Source: Raillietiella orientalis (lineage: Eukaryota). From it: a DNA stretch of 60,273 nucleotides. A program made the position numbers and the translations under genes. Shown here piece after piece: positions 11,056 to 26,091 of the stretch. The notes beneath the pieces were generated by a model. It was not told the DNA's origin, made no database searches, and saw only the letters and a list, made by a program, of their open reading frames with translations. How positions within the stretch are numbered: position 1 is the first letter of the stretch; each line of letters opens with the position of its first letter. The DNA is taken from positions 124,001 to 184,273 of the forward strand of contig JAYWIR010000102.1 in the NCBI GenBank assembly GCA_036172245.1, read 5' to 3'.

Positions 11056-14000
11056 CTATTCAAGAATAGCCCATTAGTAAATACATTGGAACGTACGGTG
11101 CAAAAAGAACACACAACACATTCACACCCAATTCGAATGACTGATTCCCGTGGCCACGCTCAACGAATTTACCACAACACACTTCCGTATTCCCACATAG
11201 TGTGGCACATCCTTTCACTCTGTTCTCACGGCTACCCAGCGAGTGCGTAGCGAACTCGGCATGTTTCCATCCGGTTCTAAGGAAAATAAGGGGAGACGAT
11301 TCTCCCTGAATCCGACCCGTGCACAACTGACCCCCACCCACGTCGGCCCAGCACGAGCCGACCACTGGCACGCAGCCCCTTCGCGGTCGAAAGCATCGGC
11401 CACGCCCAGCGGACGTTACTCGACAAGTACTTTCGCAAGGACTTGGCCATGCATTTGCTCTTCTTCCGAAACGGTCCGCGGGAAAGGCACGAACGGCAGC
11501 AGCGGACGCACTCTGTGCTTCGGAAGGTCAGTGACACGGACGCAAGGACGGACGGCAATTTCCCATCCGACCGTGCCGGCAGCCTCGCGAATGACCCAAC
11601 TTGACCGCACGCGCACGCACCCCATCCAATGCGGAACGGTTGTTCCACTTCGCCACCTCGGTTGTTCGGTGCCTTCGTGTGGTTCGGTCCGTGGCACCCA
11701 CAGGCAGAATGGCCGGACGCGAAGGGGTGGCGCGAAACCGCCTCTACCAAACGAAAATCCCCGCATCCGGAACAGGAAATGCAACTCGCGGGGAATGCAT
11801 CGAAATGGTGAACGATTCGAACCGTTTGTCCGTGCCTTTACCCCTCCTCTCGTCTCATTTTTACGATATTCCTTGTGGGTGGAAGCTCATTATGCCGCAT
11901 CGGGAGCTGCCGTTACAAACGTCAAGGAGGCGCCCGCGATGCGATTGTACGCCCTCTCCAACGTTTCTGTCCCGACGATCGATCCTGCAAACTGCATGCT
12001 TAGATGGCCACCCGCTTCATCTGCAGACTGATCTTGTCTTCGAAATGATCTACTACTCCCATTGGGGGGATCGATCCAGTGTCTCCGATGTTGAAAACTC
12101 TCTGGTTGGTCATCTCGGTCTCTCTCTGCAAGGACCACGTCAAGTGGACCACCTTCACTCTCTTACTGATGGAACCCGACAGTTCAGACTCCAGAAATGA
12201 AAACTGACACGTGGCTCTATTTCCCATCCACGTAAAGTCAGCTTCATCCACGTGAATCAGATAGCTGCTTCCGCCACTCCTCTCCATGAGAAAGGAAGCA
12301 GGGAAGTTTTTCGGACGACCTTGGCACCGCTGTGGCAGCAGCGCCAAGGTCGGGTCTATCGTATCTCGGTGCCTTTCCATCGAGCCTCCTGTTCGAGCTG
12401 AAAGGCACTCGGTGTGGGAGAGTTCTCGTCCATTCTTTGTCCCGGAGTGATACACCAGCTCTTTGCCGGTTCCCCCAAGGGCACCGCAACGGCACAGGGA
12501 CACTGAGTGTGGCAGTAAGATGAAGCGGATGCTAAGAGGATGAAAAGCGAAGAATGCAGCAGCCCCAGGGATGTTCTCTATAAGTGCTAGAAAACCAGAA
12601 TCGGATTCGAAAAGCGACATGCTAATCTCTCGGAACATATTCCGCTGAAATTCCTCAGTCAAGAAAATCCAGGAAACATACCTCTAAAAATCAGCGAAAG
12701 CAGCTAAGGTTTCAAAAAGGGCATAAATCTGCAATGGGCTGCATTTTGTGTAGTTTCATGATCGAAAAACTGAGCTCATGAAAAGAAAAAAAGGAAAAAA
12801 AGAAATCAAACGTCATTTCGCCATAGCTGAGAAGATCTTCCATTGACATTCATGTGAGTGCACTGCATCAATCACTTGGACAGAGTATATAAGAAACTGG
12901 AGTCATCACTGATTCTGTTTGCAGATTCTGATGCCATTAAGGCATTTTGTAGCCATCAGGTCATCAATTCATCACCTCAACACAATCGTAGTTTCTGATG
13001 AACAAAACACTGCAAGCCTTCATTCAAAATGAGTTTAAATGAAATATCGTCAATTCGGAACTCACCTATACGAGCACAGTTCTTAGGAATTTTGGAACAA
13101 GTTGTTCCAATCTAGGGGCATACAATGCAGTAAGCAAGACGCAGCATTTCAATCGGGATTTTGGACACTGGAAACGAATTCAAACACGCAAATCGATCAG
13201 AGGCAGACGATTTATATCACACACGCTTCCACTAGCCCAAGGGATAGCGATCCAAAAGCATGGATGGGATTGAAGCGATAGTATCGAAAGTAAGTGCCTA
13301 CGTCAACAAAATCGAAATTAATTTTAATACAGAGCAAGGAAATCATCGCGCTGAACTGAAAGCAAAAACCCTTGCACTCAAGAAACATTGCAATAGCAGC
13401 ACCCTTAACTCAATCTTACAAATGTCTGACAAGCAGTTTCGAAAGATCTATTTGGAAGGAACCTTTCCCAAGAACAGATTGTGCTCTGTGGCCTGTGTGC
13501 CCTCATCCAGGAGAAAACTCGGTGCAGTGAAAACCCTTTTTCATCCAATGACATAGCTACATACTCAGTGGATTGGCAACCTTCCGAAGAGAATTACGGC
13601 ATTTGTGGATAGAAGAATCAGGATAACGGGGAAAAGATATCTGTATCACCAGAGCATAACCACGAACCAGTTCTTAAACGGGAGGCTCACGAAGGGATAC
13701 TTGCCTCTGAGCAAGCTCGAGGATCGACATCTTCACCGCGGACAGCTGCTTCAAACCGTTGACATCTTCCAACCTTTCCATCTCTGAGCTCTCGTTTTAC
13801 TTTACAGGGAGTGATCAGAAGAATCTTGGCTCCACTGATGGACGAGGACAAGAGAAGACATGTCTGGAAGAACGCCAGGAAGTAGCGCGGAGACAGAAAA
13901 AGCTACGAAGCATCGGTAGTCAGGCAGCCGGATGAAGTCTGGGCGGTCCTTTACAGACTGCGAACTGCCGTTGATGATGGGGGAAGCTATTTTCGAAGCC

Positions 14001-16156
14001 AGTTTCATGAGCAGCAAGATGGTGCCCAGCGTTCGAGCAGTCCTCTGCAATGGATCATGGGAAACCTAGCTGAAAAAGTGCCCCTACCAAGTGGAGGCCA
14101 TACTCTGCGATGGCTTGTGCCTCCATCTACCGGTGATTATCTGCATCAATATGATTATGGATTTATGCATGCAGCCCGTCCGTACCTTTTGGCCACGAGA
14201 AAAGCGCCGAGGAGATCACCCCCGACGCATAGATGGTGTGGTGTGGGACGAGACTGCCGCAAACCAGACGGAGAAGGGTAGCACCTTCTCTTGTCGATAC
14301 AGGCGTGGCATGGAGTAGTTGCCAACAGAAGCACCAACATGTGGAAAATGAGAAGTTGCCTCTGGAGGGAGGAAAGTCCCACGTGGACCAATCTCGGATC
14401 TCCTCTTGAGATATCAAGAGGAGATCCGAGATTCTCACAGAAATCGACACACGGCCTGGACGTGGTGTGTCACACCAGATGCGTATTCTCGAAGGGACTC
14501 TGGAACCTAGCACGAGGGAGAAAAGAGAGTAAATGCAGTATCCACACTTTGCTCCAGATGTACTCCAAGAGGATCGCAACGTCATTGAGCGCTCCGACCG
14601 TAGGGCGCAGAGAAGGGTGACTAGGAAATTCCTCGATCTTACGTCAGTCGTTCGAAAAAATTTGAAGTCCTTGAACGTCAGATACAGCCGAGACATCTAC
14701 TGGGTGCAACTTTTGCGCCACTTCCCGGACAATCTTCAACTCTGTTTTCGATTCGAGGAAGAGATCCATTCAAAAGTCCGGAATCCCTCCCTGACGCAAG
14801 CTCAAGTTCAGCACTTTTGGCGTGTCGGTCCGGGACTCCGACGAGGAACACCAAAATGGTGGCTCTTCGTAGCCCAAAGGCAGGCATCCACGTGAGTGTT
14901 TCCAGCAAGGCCTCAGCGCCGGAGTCGCGGCCCATAAACCTCACAGGGAATCCCAAATTCGGGAGGCTGCACGTCGCCAGCTACCGTCAGTCTGTTACGT
15001 ATCCTGAGAGGGTTGGCTTCCTCGACCTTGCTGCACGGGAAGAGGAACACATCAGGATGGATAATGCTGCGTCCAACTGCGATGCTGAACCCGTCAGGTT
15101 CCCTGACTGCCGAAGAAATCTCAAACAAGAGTTGAGGCAGCTGCCGTGAGGAGAAAGATGTGAAAATGCTGGGAGCATCACTGAGTCATTCAGCAAGGCG
15201 AGTGCCATGGAGGTCCACTGAAAACAAACAACCCTACTCGGCCGGTTTTGGTAAGACGAATGTCGAGCACCGCGCTCTGCAATCCCGACTTCAGGAAGAG
15301 AACGACCCGTCACGAGTGTGCGCAAGGGCATGATCCACCTGATCCGCCTTCTCTGCTTCTTCAACCTGCAAGGAGGCCTCATGGAATTTCTGGAGAATCG
15401 CGAAGTCAGAAGGGCACTTGGATTTCTTTTAAGGCGACGTGTGGACGTCGGGAAGAGGCAATGCTGCACCTTGAGGCTAGCATCTGAATGAGGAAGTTCC
15501 ACCTCTGTCGCTGTCGGTTGACCCCCTCGCAACATGAGAAATTCCAGCCTGCTCTTTTGCTCCATCAGTGTCACGATGCTATCTGCACTCTTCCTACTGA
15601 GAGGGGTCTCATCTGGGGAACCAAAGGCCGCCAACGGGATGGGCGTGGTAGTTGCTGAAAACTTCTCTTCAGTTTCCTGCATTATCGGTGCATGGATCGC
15701 TGGTAGCAACATCGTCGATCTGTTGGAGATACCTACGGAATTTAAGTTGGGGTGGGAAGCTCTTGGCTCCTTCCTCTATGGCAGGTCCCTGCTCTGGAAT
15801 GACCCATGGTCTCGAACAACTTTCTTCCTCCCTCCGGTTGTAGTTTTCTGTTTGTTTCCTGCCTGTAGACAAGGCTTCACAGACCGAGCGTGTGTTAAGA
15901 AAAGTCCTGTAGGGTTCTACAAGATCCAAAATCCTCATCAAGGACATGGTGGCACCTCGTCGAAACGCAGGTTCCGGCGTGCTGATGCTCAGCAGAATCC
16001 AACTGCAGAGCAGTCTCGAAGACTGGCCCACGAGAAACAAGAACTAGCGTGTGCATGTGAGCTTCATCCTCCATCCTGTGATAGCCTGAGGAGAACCGAC
16101 GTCCAAGCTACCGCGTAGCTGCATTCCGCGCCCCTTTGGGGTAATTGGGACTACTG

Positions 16157-16300
16157 TTGGAACAGCACCGTGAAGTCTTCATGACCTTTGTGCCGGAGAC
16201 GGCCGGAACCTGGGCGAGAATTATGGAAGTGCTCCAAGAGGAATAGGGTCTCCTGAATCTCCTGAGCAGAGTTCTACTAACGGATGTCATGCACGACTGA
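16157..16300 (+). mobile_element. Possible BEL/Pao gag (DUF1759-like) remnant
   Basis: TWARIMEVLQEE*GLLNLLSRVLLTDV resembles the Y..A...L...YG helix pattern; weak. Confidence 0.25.
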
Positions 16301-19300
16301 ACGAAGTGGACCGGAACTGACATCACATTCGTGGTCGCCGCGCTGTCTGCCCTGTGGGCAAGCAACAGCAGTTATTTTTCATGGTAAGGAGGAGTCAGAG
16401 ATCTACACGGCTAGAAGTCGAGTGCTCCTCTTCGCGTTCTTGGTCGACGGGATCGAAGTCGTAGTTGGGACCGTTCAGTGAGTCCTGAAAGAACATGTAG
16501 TTGTTCCCACGTGTGTGGGAGCTACTCAACTTTTCCTTTCACTCTTTCTGCATTGAGTTCTCCAATGCAATGAGCGTTCAGACCTCGTTTATGAGAGGAT
16601 GGTCTCTCAAAACTGGATCCATGACACCCGTTTCCGCACCTCCTAATGGACTGCAAGTGCCTAGCTGCGCCTGCAGAGGTATGAAGCGGCATGCATACAT
16701 CCAGGACGCACCTTCAAGAACTGACTGTGCCAGGAATTCGTACGCGCTAGATTCTCGTCCGCTTCTGTAATCGAGAAGCCATCCGTTTCCTAAAGTGCAT
16801 TACCCATGATATTGGAGACGGAGTGTTCGGGGCATGTCCGGATACTTGGCGACAAGTCTGGCAAACCATGAGTCTTTGGCAGAAGGATTGAGTAAAGCAG
16901 GAGAGACTCCAAGGAATGCATTGTTCCAGCTGCCCAGTTCCGCAATAAAAGGATATCCCGGCAACACATGAAGTTTTGAGTTGACCGTGGTGTTGTACTC
17001 TCCCTCGAACTAAAAAAGAGTTTCAGTTTTCGAGCAAACGTTGCGCCCATCTGCTGTTTCTCGCTTGTCTTTCGCAAGTTGCGAACAACTCGATATCTCA
17101 TTCCCCATGTGACACCAAGGTCACAACGGGTCGCAAGGGCTCAGGAATTCTACGCTCCCCAAAACAAGGGCAGCTTCGCTACCTACGGAAGCAGCTAGCA
17201 TGGGTATTTCTCCGGCCACCCCTTTCATGTCCTGAAAGAGGAGAAAATGGGAAGATGCTTCACTTCCGTTCCACTGTGCTCGATCGCGAATCTCTTGCCA
17301 AACTCTCTGTGTCGTTTCGCAACACGCAGAACGCTATGCGCACAGGCAGCCCTCCTCCCGAGCAGCGGACGCGAATGGGTGTTTCCACGGACACGCGCCT
17401 CAGATGAAGGAGCAACTCCGATGCACGATGCACGAGTCAGACAACTTTCTCACGTGGGCTGCGAAGGGAGCGAAGCGCCCTCCCGCAACAGCGCATCCTA
17501 CAGCAGGTTCGCAGGTCCCACCCCAGTCCAAGACTGGCCGACAGATCTGTGTCGGCGCAGTGGAGCTGCATCTCGCCTGCGGATTCTCATGAGAAATGCA
17601 GTGCCGCATCATCCTCCGAGGATTGCCGATTCAGCCACACGGCTGCACCCTAGCACTGCTGCATGCATCCATCAGGCTGCACGGCCGACTTTTCTTCGCC
17701 ACTAACATTGCAGAATCGGTAACGGCTTCGCTCGGAATCACGGAGGGACGCACCTCTGGCTACTCTTTAGCCGAAGATATGGAGTGCTGGAGCCCACGCA
17801 AGCTCGTCGAAAGCGAAAGTAATTCCCATGCGGGATGCTCGGATCAACGAGTGGTTGCGAGGAGCAGGCGACGGACCACGAATTCGATCACGAGCTCCCT
17901 CCTCTTGGCAACGGCGCATCGAGTGAACAAAAGCACGCGAGGGAGCATCAAGAACGAAGTCCACTCATCAAGACTTGGTCCAAACTGAGATGCGAAGCAA
18001 TGAATGTGAACGCAAGAGTGTTTGGTAGTGGCAGCTACACCACTTGCACGGAGTGCTCTCGCAAGTGCGCTTCCGAACCTCAAAAAGGAGAGACATTGAG
18101 CCTCAGGTACTCACGTCTGGGGTGGCTGAGAAAGGTACCACGATCGGACGTACTTCTGACACTTCTAACTTCTGTCTTCCACTTTCAATTCCTTGTTGCC
18201 TCAATAAAAAGTCCCGTGGATGACCAAGATCAGCCCCCAGTTCGTCCAAATTCTTCGCGAACTCTGATGAGGGGAAGATTGTTCTACGGAAATGACAATC
18301 AGTGAAACTGATCTGCCGAATTTCCAGAAGGAAACATCACAAACGAACCTCGGCCCCGTTTTCCTATTTACTATCTGAACATTTTCTTGCAACTCTTTTT
18401 CGCAAAGAGAACGAAAGTTTGCAGAGATGCACTTGCAAGCCCCGAGACGACTTTTTTGAAAGAAAAAAAGACTACAAAAAGCAAGCGCGAGAAGAGGTCC
18501 AGAAGCTGCAATAAGACCTCTTGAGATCAACACAAGGGATGTTCTCTTTCACCGATAAGCAGCAACGACCTCCCTAGCGCTGCTGGAATCCTGCACTTCT
18601 GCTGGTGAAAAAATAGGAAAAGATGCAAGCTGAGTGGGAACTCAGGTATGTTTCTGATGTCCGCCGTCGAGAAGCCGACTAAAGGCCTTCAGTTCTGCGG
18701 ATTTCCGCGATTCCAGTTCCCTAGAAAAATGCCGGAATCCAAAGTGCAACTCGCTGTCCAGGTGCCTCGACGGTTGTCAGCGCATCGATGGTGTTGTGAC
18801 GCACGGGATCTTCGTAGATCCACGAAACGACTTCATCAACATCGGACAACCGATCTTTTGTAGGGAACCAGAGGAAGGCACGAGGCATTCGTAGAATTCC
18901 TATCTGCGCATCAGTGCAGGAGGTTTCCCTTGGCACGAGCGCTGCGGCTGTTCCGACGGCCGCATCCCCCGTCCTCCGAAGGCCGCAGCAGAGACCGGTA
19001 TGTTGGAGGTTGCCACACTCCTGGTGGCTGCACTGACGATGGAAGCAAGTGATCCACATCGCCAAACTTGTCGAGGCTCCTTGTCTAAAGAATTTCTCTG
19101 TTCGCTCCGAACTGCTCCTGAGATGCATCTCCAAGAAGCCTAGAGAGGTTGGAGTACTTGAGAAAGCAAAGTCTTCACTTAGCCGCTCAGTAAAGTGAAG
19201 CAGCTGTGGTCTCTTACTCAACTCCCCCCCTACACTGGCATTTAGGGAGGCACGAACGAAACTGTTCTTCCTCCGAACTGGAGACATCGACTGGCAAACT

Positions 19301-20929
19301 CATCTTCCATGGAAACAAGCAAGCAGAGATTTACCTCTTGGCTTCTTCACAGCTCGCCAAGCTCAGTAGCAGCAGGTAGCCGAACAGCAACAGCTTCATA
19401 TTTGCCTTCCTCTGCACCCTTAACGGAAGCAAACGATGCTCCTGAAAAGAAAAGAAGCTAAACTGGATAACTGAATGCCATACAGGATTCTCCCTATGGG
19501 GATTAGCCGCTTGTGAGACAGAGTTACGTAGACCTCGTAGAACTTCTGCGTCCTTCCCCGTCTGCGCTAGCGAGGAGCGCTGGAAAACCCTCCCCTCTGG
19601 AAAGCCAGTCGAGTAGCCTGGAAGATGAAAGCGGTTCAGGTCATCCTCAAGGAACGCGGTCTCGGGAACGCCAAGGCAGCCTGGGCCTGTGACTGGCCTG
19701 CTCCGGTTCCATCGGAAGTGACCGCAGCCTTTCGGGAAGAGTCGATGATTTTAGCAACGCTTGGGAAGTCTTGCCGCTACAGAAATCGCTATAACAGGTG
19801 GCGGTGAAGAGTAGTCTCTCCTCCTTGCGTCTTCGGCGCCTGTCAAGAGCATCAGCAGGGAAGAACAAAACAGGAGCTTATCTCTGCTTCTGTCCTGTCC
19901 CCGTATTTCTTGAATGGCCGACCGGTTCCCAACTCTTCAAGCGTGTACGTGCCGCTTGCGACTGCGTATCACCCTTGCGATTTGAGATGCACCGTGTCGA
20001 TGACGTCGGCAGGTGAGGAAAGAATGAAACACTGCGATTGGCTCGCGATGCCGTCTTGGCGTTTCCTGAAATGAGCCCAGAAGGCCGAAGGCTGGTGGAA
20101 CCCTGAGACTCGGGTGATGTTCTTTTCCTCTCCTCTCTGTGCTGGCTCCGTACTCTGGAGTGCCAACGCACGCTCTGCGCAAATGCTAGCTGATCCTTCC
20201 GAGCACCAGCAATTCCACTGGAGTCGTGGCCTCGGCGATAGGATGTTTCTCCTCAAGGTTGCCTCGCTGCTTTGAATGTCTCGGATCGGTAGGGCTTCTT
20301 TTCTCGGCTTCCAGCCATGCAATCCAAAGTGCTTCGAGACAGCGCGAAAGAATCGTTGAATCCCGAGTGAGTTCATCAATTTGATCCACGCGATCACAGA
20401 CGATTGTCTTATCGGCTGTGCTTTCATCTTACATTCGAGGATCGGAACTTCTTCCTCGTTTGAGAAACAGAGATCTCCCTCTTCCTTGGATTGTCCTTTT
20501 GGTCACTCTTAATTCCAGCGTCCCACCTTTAGCTAACTTCCAAGTGTGACGTTGGGTTAGCCGTTCATCCTTGCGGAGACGTACATCCATGCACACCACA
20601 ATTCTGTATCAACCCCATGGACGCGAGTGGAAGTGAATGAAACGATGCTTTTCGTACAGCAAGGGATGCGATGTACACGCGTAACCAAGGCACACAAGGA
20701 AGCGGTCGTTTCAACGGAGGGGGTCTCTAAGAAACTCGTGTTATGGTGCACCCATCCCAAGATGGAAGTACCCTTTCATCATTAACGCTGCATTACACGA
20801 ACGGCTTTGCAGGACGCAGTGTGCACGCATTCGCCGAAGGGCTCTTCGTTGCACTGAGATTACAAGACTTCGAGGTGGTCGCTGGCTAATTACTGGAGCA
20901 TCATCGGAGAGTCTGTTTGAAGTTCAGGC

Positions 20930-21700
20930 GTGCCTACATCGGAGTCGCATTTTGCTGAGTCCTATGCAAAGGTTCAGGACGAAATTCCCACGTGCATGCA
21001 TGTCTTCCCCGCATCGCTTGGAGCAGTGCTCCGTTGGCTGCTTGGAGAAGCAGCGATGAGGCACCAGCATCAGGAGATCAGCATCTATCTTCGTGCTTCC
21101 TTTGTCCCGATGCAAAGCGTGCTTCGGATTTCGAACAACGGGCGGCGGGTGCACCTTGTTCGAATCGCTGGAGATCGGAGAGAACACGAGAGAGCGTTTG
21201 CGAAAGTCTTCAGCCCAGCTGCTGATGTTTTGCTTGGAGGAATCCACGGATGGGTGCTTGATAAGAGGCATTGTGAAGCATGCAAACGGATGAACCGATT
21301 CGTGTCTGGGATTCCTGGCGTGAGCAGGTGGAATCTCAACGGACGGGTCACACAGTTGGCGAACTTCCCGTGTGCAGTGCTGGCATTGAGAATGCTGTAG
21401 GGTTGCCTGCGGTCTTACACAAACTTGAGTGCTTCCCTCTTTCACTGATGTGTGGATTGACGCTTGTATCTTGAGAGTGAAGTCTGCCTTTACGGTCACT
21501 TGAAATAGCTGGAAACGTCAACAGATCAGCCAAGATCGATCGCCATTTGGGACTTTTCATAGCTTCGGTGCACTCAGGAGGTTCAAGATATGTGATTTGC
21601 TCTTCGCGCACCGCTGAGGCGATTGAATTGCCGAAGAGGCAGCGGAACAGCAGGTGGTTACATGTACCGGGAGAACATCGTTCTGGTGTTGCACGCAAAC
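20930..21700 (+). mobile_element. Possible BEL/Pao RNase H region remnant
   Basis: MHVFPASLGAV resembles LHxFxDAS...GAV, followed by a W...NR...I...W pattern; very degenerate. Confidence 0.2.
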
Positions 21701-23719
21701 CTGGATGAGAGCGGTGAGTGAAGAAAGCGCTTTTGCTGTGGTAAAGGATTGAAATCGGGTAGGAAAACAACGACCACTGCAGCGGATGAATGCCTCTTCT
21801 TCGATGCCCACTGCTTCACCGACAGCAGAAAGAAAAATTAATCCAAAGGGTACTTATCCAACGTGATTTGGTGCGTGAAAACCTTTCCGAACTTGCTTCC
21901 GAGGTGCCAGGAACGCACAAGGTAAGTGTGCATTAGAAGGCCTCGTTTTTCACCGCCGTTATAGAGCTCCATGTTCCATTGGGATCATGTGAAGTGTCAG
22001 AGGTCAGTTGCGTGCAAACGTTGATCTCCACCAAACTTCCGGAAGCCTACACCAAAGTCCATGGCCTGCACCTCGCTGCGAGGCGTTTGCTGAGCAAGGA
22101 CAGGGTCTCATTCAGGGCATTGGGGTTCTCTTCTGCTGGTCAGCGGACTGTGCGTAACGAATTGCTCCAAGCAACACCGAACTCCGTAAAACAACTGGGA
22201 TTGCCGGCGAGGCCCCGAAAAACCTCGCATCGTGCGGCGAGCGAAACGAAGCGACACGGGGAATTTTTCGCCCATTCTGAATGTTGCCAAAAAAAAAAAA
22301 GGAAAAGAAATGCATATCTATTTGTAATGGCTGTCCCAATCAGAATGCTGCAACTGCATTGAGAAGCACAGCCTTTTTCTATTGCAAAAGTCATAGCCGA
22401 TACAAATGTTCTCGGTGTCGGAGTGCTGACATTTCCATTAGTCGTCAGTGTGTTGGCGTTTCATGCGCATTTGGCATCAAAGTGCGTTCTTCCCCATACC
22501 AAGGCGGAAGGCAAAGCGAGGACCAATGGAAAATAAAAAAAAGCAATTACGAGAGCAGCGCAATGAACACTTATGATCTGTTTTCGAACCGAGCTCAGAT
22601 GCATGCTTGTGGAGGATGCCCTCGACAGCTTTCATCAACTGGATGACGCATCGTATCCCTTGTCGACACGTATCCAGGCCAGGGGTAGGTCATGTTTCAC
22701 CTGAGACGGCATCGTCCATCTCGAGTTCTTCTTTGTATATCGGGGGTCATCCGCTGATTCTCCAGCTGCCGATTCGTTCACGCTGCCCTGCTACGTCCAC
22801 TCTCCACGAGAGTGGTGCATAAGTGGATCGGTGCGGGTGGAGTGTTCCGGGGCTGCAAAGTATGGAAGTCAGTGAATTCTCAGAGGTTTTCGACAGTTAA
22901 ATGCTATTTGCTTAGGAAATATCTCGGGTTTTTTGCTTTCATTCATAAAGATCTTTTTTGTCTGATGATAAAGTCCATCCATTCTGAGCAAAGTGATTGA
23001 AACAGTGGAAACAGATCGCTGCAGCAAAGTGACTGCAGCGATCTGTTCCCAAACCATGAATGCGGCAGTGAGCATCTAGGCGGATGAGCCATTTCAGTTG
23101 TCAAGAGACTTGCAAACGTGGTATTTCTTGAAGGTAACCGAGCACTCAGTGGAGGAATTGAACGTGGCAACTGCTTCCACCGCCCTCCGAATCCATCGAC
23201 AGTGCAGAGCACTCCAAACCAAAGTTCTCATCTTCAGCAAGTGAACCCAAGGCATCACAATTACTGTTGAAGGATTGTCATTTCACAGAAACGCTGCTGG
23301 AGAAGCGATTGCACACCAATCGATGTGAGCGATGTGGTCCATGAACAGTTCGATGGATGCTGGAGAGGACTTGGGAAGAGGCGATTTCAATGACTCCATA
23401 AATGGTCAGTATAGGAGAGCAGTCGAAGTGAACACACATTAAGGAGGTGTCCATTGTGCGTGTGGTGGCTGTTTCGAGCCTCATCACCAAAGTTAACCGA
23501 CCTTAAGATGTCCTTAAGGAGTGAACCTGATCCCTCACATTTGGCACACGCCGGTGGCCTGCTTTCCCTGTTTAGACGGAAGCAACACCAGAAGATGTTC
23601 TCCATCTCGCTGCGTCTATGGAAACACCATCAGGCTTCGTAATGGAAATCCTCCAAATTGCTGCAGACCATGGAATTCTTCAAGATCACCGCCTCAACGC
23701 AACTGACACCGAGTTGCCT

Positions 23720-24360
23720 CGACGTATGCGAAAGACTTGGGAATTAATCTTGGCGATGCTCCGTACTCAGCGGCGCAATGCAGAGGAATGCTAGTCCACG
23801 AGGAGGGAAGTAAAGAAGCATTGAGAGTTTCGACTTCTTCAAGAAGGGGAGGGCCAACTACAGAGAGTAGTCCCTTTCGGAACGATCACTCTCTTCCTTC
23901 TACAAAAAACTTCCGAGGTACAACACTGGTGAAGAAGATAAAGAACTTTCATTCTGTAGGACGCAAAAGCAAACGATAGAATGTATACTGTAGATCCCGG
24001 TACCACCTGAGAGAGGAAAAAGTGTGTGCAGCACGAAGATGCTGGAGCATGCGGCCAGTATCCTCATCCCCTTTACGCTACCTAAAATGCGACCACGGAT
24101 GCCACGTGATCCACAGAGGGTATATTCAAAATGGATCGATGGACCCCGTGGGCTGAAGTTGATGCCAACAAGGCAAAAAAAGGGGTCAGACTGGGTACAT
24201 AGGACGGGAAGCAGGAGAAGAAGCAAGGAAGCTGCTAGCACAAAGAGAAGGAACCACCAATTGGTCGACAGAGTAAAGGACATTCAAGAGAAAAAGAAAT
24301 ATCTAGGGTCATGCCATTCTTGTTCCACGTGTCTTGTTCCACAGTGGATCTTTGGCATAG
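23720..24360 (+). mobile_element. Decayed CR1/L2-like LINE 3' region
   Basis: YAKDLGINL (KDLG thumb motif) followed by TKML and RNH...W segments; frameshifted. Confidence 0.35.
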
Positions 24361-26091
24361 TGAGAGTGGAGCAAGCCAAGCCACAACAAGTCAAGTCACC
24401 ATACCTCAAGTCCATCTGCCCAACCAGAAATGGGGACCGTTCCCACTAGGAGGCAACACCCACAAAGCATGCCTGGATGCATGCAAAGTTGACCCGCAAG
24501 GGTGCAACACGTACAGACCGCGCCGGCAGTCGGCAGTCACATTCACCAAACAGTGCCGCATCAAGAAGGAGAAATTTGAAGCAGACTACCGAAGAGGCAG
24601 GACCTCAGCTTAGATGAGAAGACCTGATGACTTCCAGGTGCCGCAATGTCATCTCTTTCGCCATGAAGACGATTCTGCGAAGGTCTGATTTGCGTTCGGA
24701 AAAATGCAAGGCGACCTGGGTCTATTCCTTCGTGCGGTTCTCTTGTGCGGCACACCCTTAGCAACGGGACGAAATATCCTCAAGGCGATTTCTACTCTGC
24801 GTGCAGCAATCTGGAGCTAAGCTGAGCGCACTTACATGTCTATCGCATGCTGTCTCCAGCCTGGAAGGTGGGATAGCAAGCAGCTTGTTGACAATACAAC
24901 CGGAGCTTGTGGTTGTGCGCTTCCTGGGCATTGGCAACGTCCCCGTACTCCTTCAGGGATGCTGTGACGATAGCGGCATTCGCTTCCTTTGTCGAGAGCG
25001 CCCTTGATGAGGAGGTCACTAAAATGAGGCAGGATTAAAAGATGGCTGTCATCGATGAGGCAAAGGGTCCGCTGAATAAGGGGACGTTAGCATCAGAGGG
25101 TGCGGGAGGGGCGCGGAGGAGACCAGGTGGTGATCCAAAACGTGACGAACCCCCGTGACGAATCCCGAACCAGCGTCTGGCTAGAGAGACCACGGAAGAT
25201 CGGCAAACGCCATCGGCATGCTTTTGGCTTGTACGTGCGATCGTACACACCTGCTTTCATTAACATTAATATATAGTTCGATGTTCCCCTTGCCAGAAAC
25301 TGTGGGCCCTGGGGACAGGTAGATGAAAAATCGCTTTGTAAACTGAAAACGTTCGGGCAATCCATAATTCAATTGATGAGGAGGCAGGTGCGCGGACGAT
25401 TGCCGAACGTATGTGTTTGATCTCACGGACAGCCGTGGTTCTTTCGTTTGGATGGAGTTGCTCATTCTCTGTAGAGATTCTGTCGATCTACGCATGCAAT
25501 GCAAATGAGCCTCTGTTGCGCGGCAGGAAGAAAAAGAAGAGAAGGGGAAAAAAAGAAAAGCCATGTGTGGGTCTTAAAGCCAGAACTGCAGTTAATTGAA
25601 ATTCAAAATTGCAGCTTCTTCACATCTTACTTTTCTGCTAGAAATGTCACTTTTAGCCACTTGCTCTAATTAATCCTCTCTACCGTGGAAGAATTTACCT
25701 GGTGCGGGTGCAAGTGGAGGCAGCGTTTGCCATCCATAAGTAGCAGATGACGGACTTCATGAGCCTTCGTTCCCGATCTACGTATCCGCTACTGTGCTGT
25801 ACCATTTTATACTACCCTTGGTAAACATGTTTTATGGAGGAATATTCTTACACGTAAGCAGGTGATCCAGCGTTTGCTCGTATTGAAAGAAAGGTTCCAG
25901 GTCGCTATTACCATCTTCACCTGCGGTCACTCGATTCACTATGCACGGGTAAGGCCTTTGATTTGGTTTCGGAACCCCTCTTTTCAGCGAAGAAGGCAGT
26001 AACGAAAGCAACCGTCTCTGATCGCGCAGAGAAACTCCCGTGTTGATTCCGTCGTAGAGTCCCAGTGGGGAAGTTCCACTCTTCCTTGCAG

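Noticed and set aside
11243..20900. Numerous 60-260 aa ORFs between CALML4 and the astacin
   Set aside because: No coherent exon chain or convincing domain; only faint TE-like motifs such as VILKERGL and IILRGLP.
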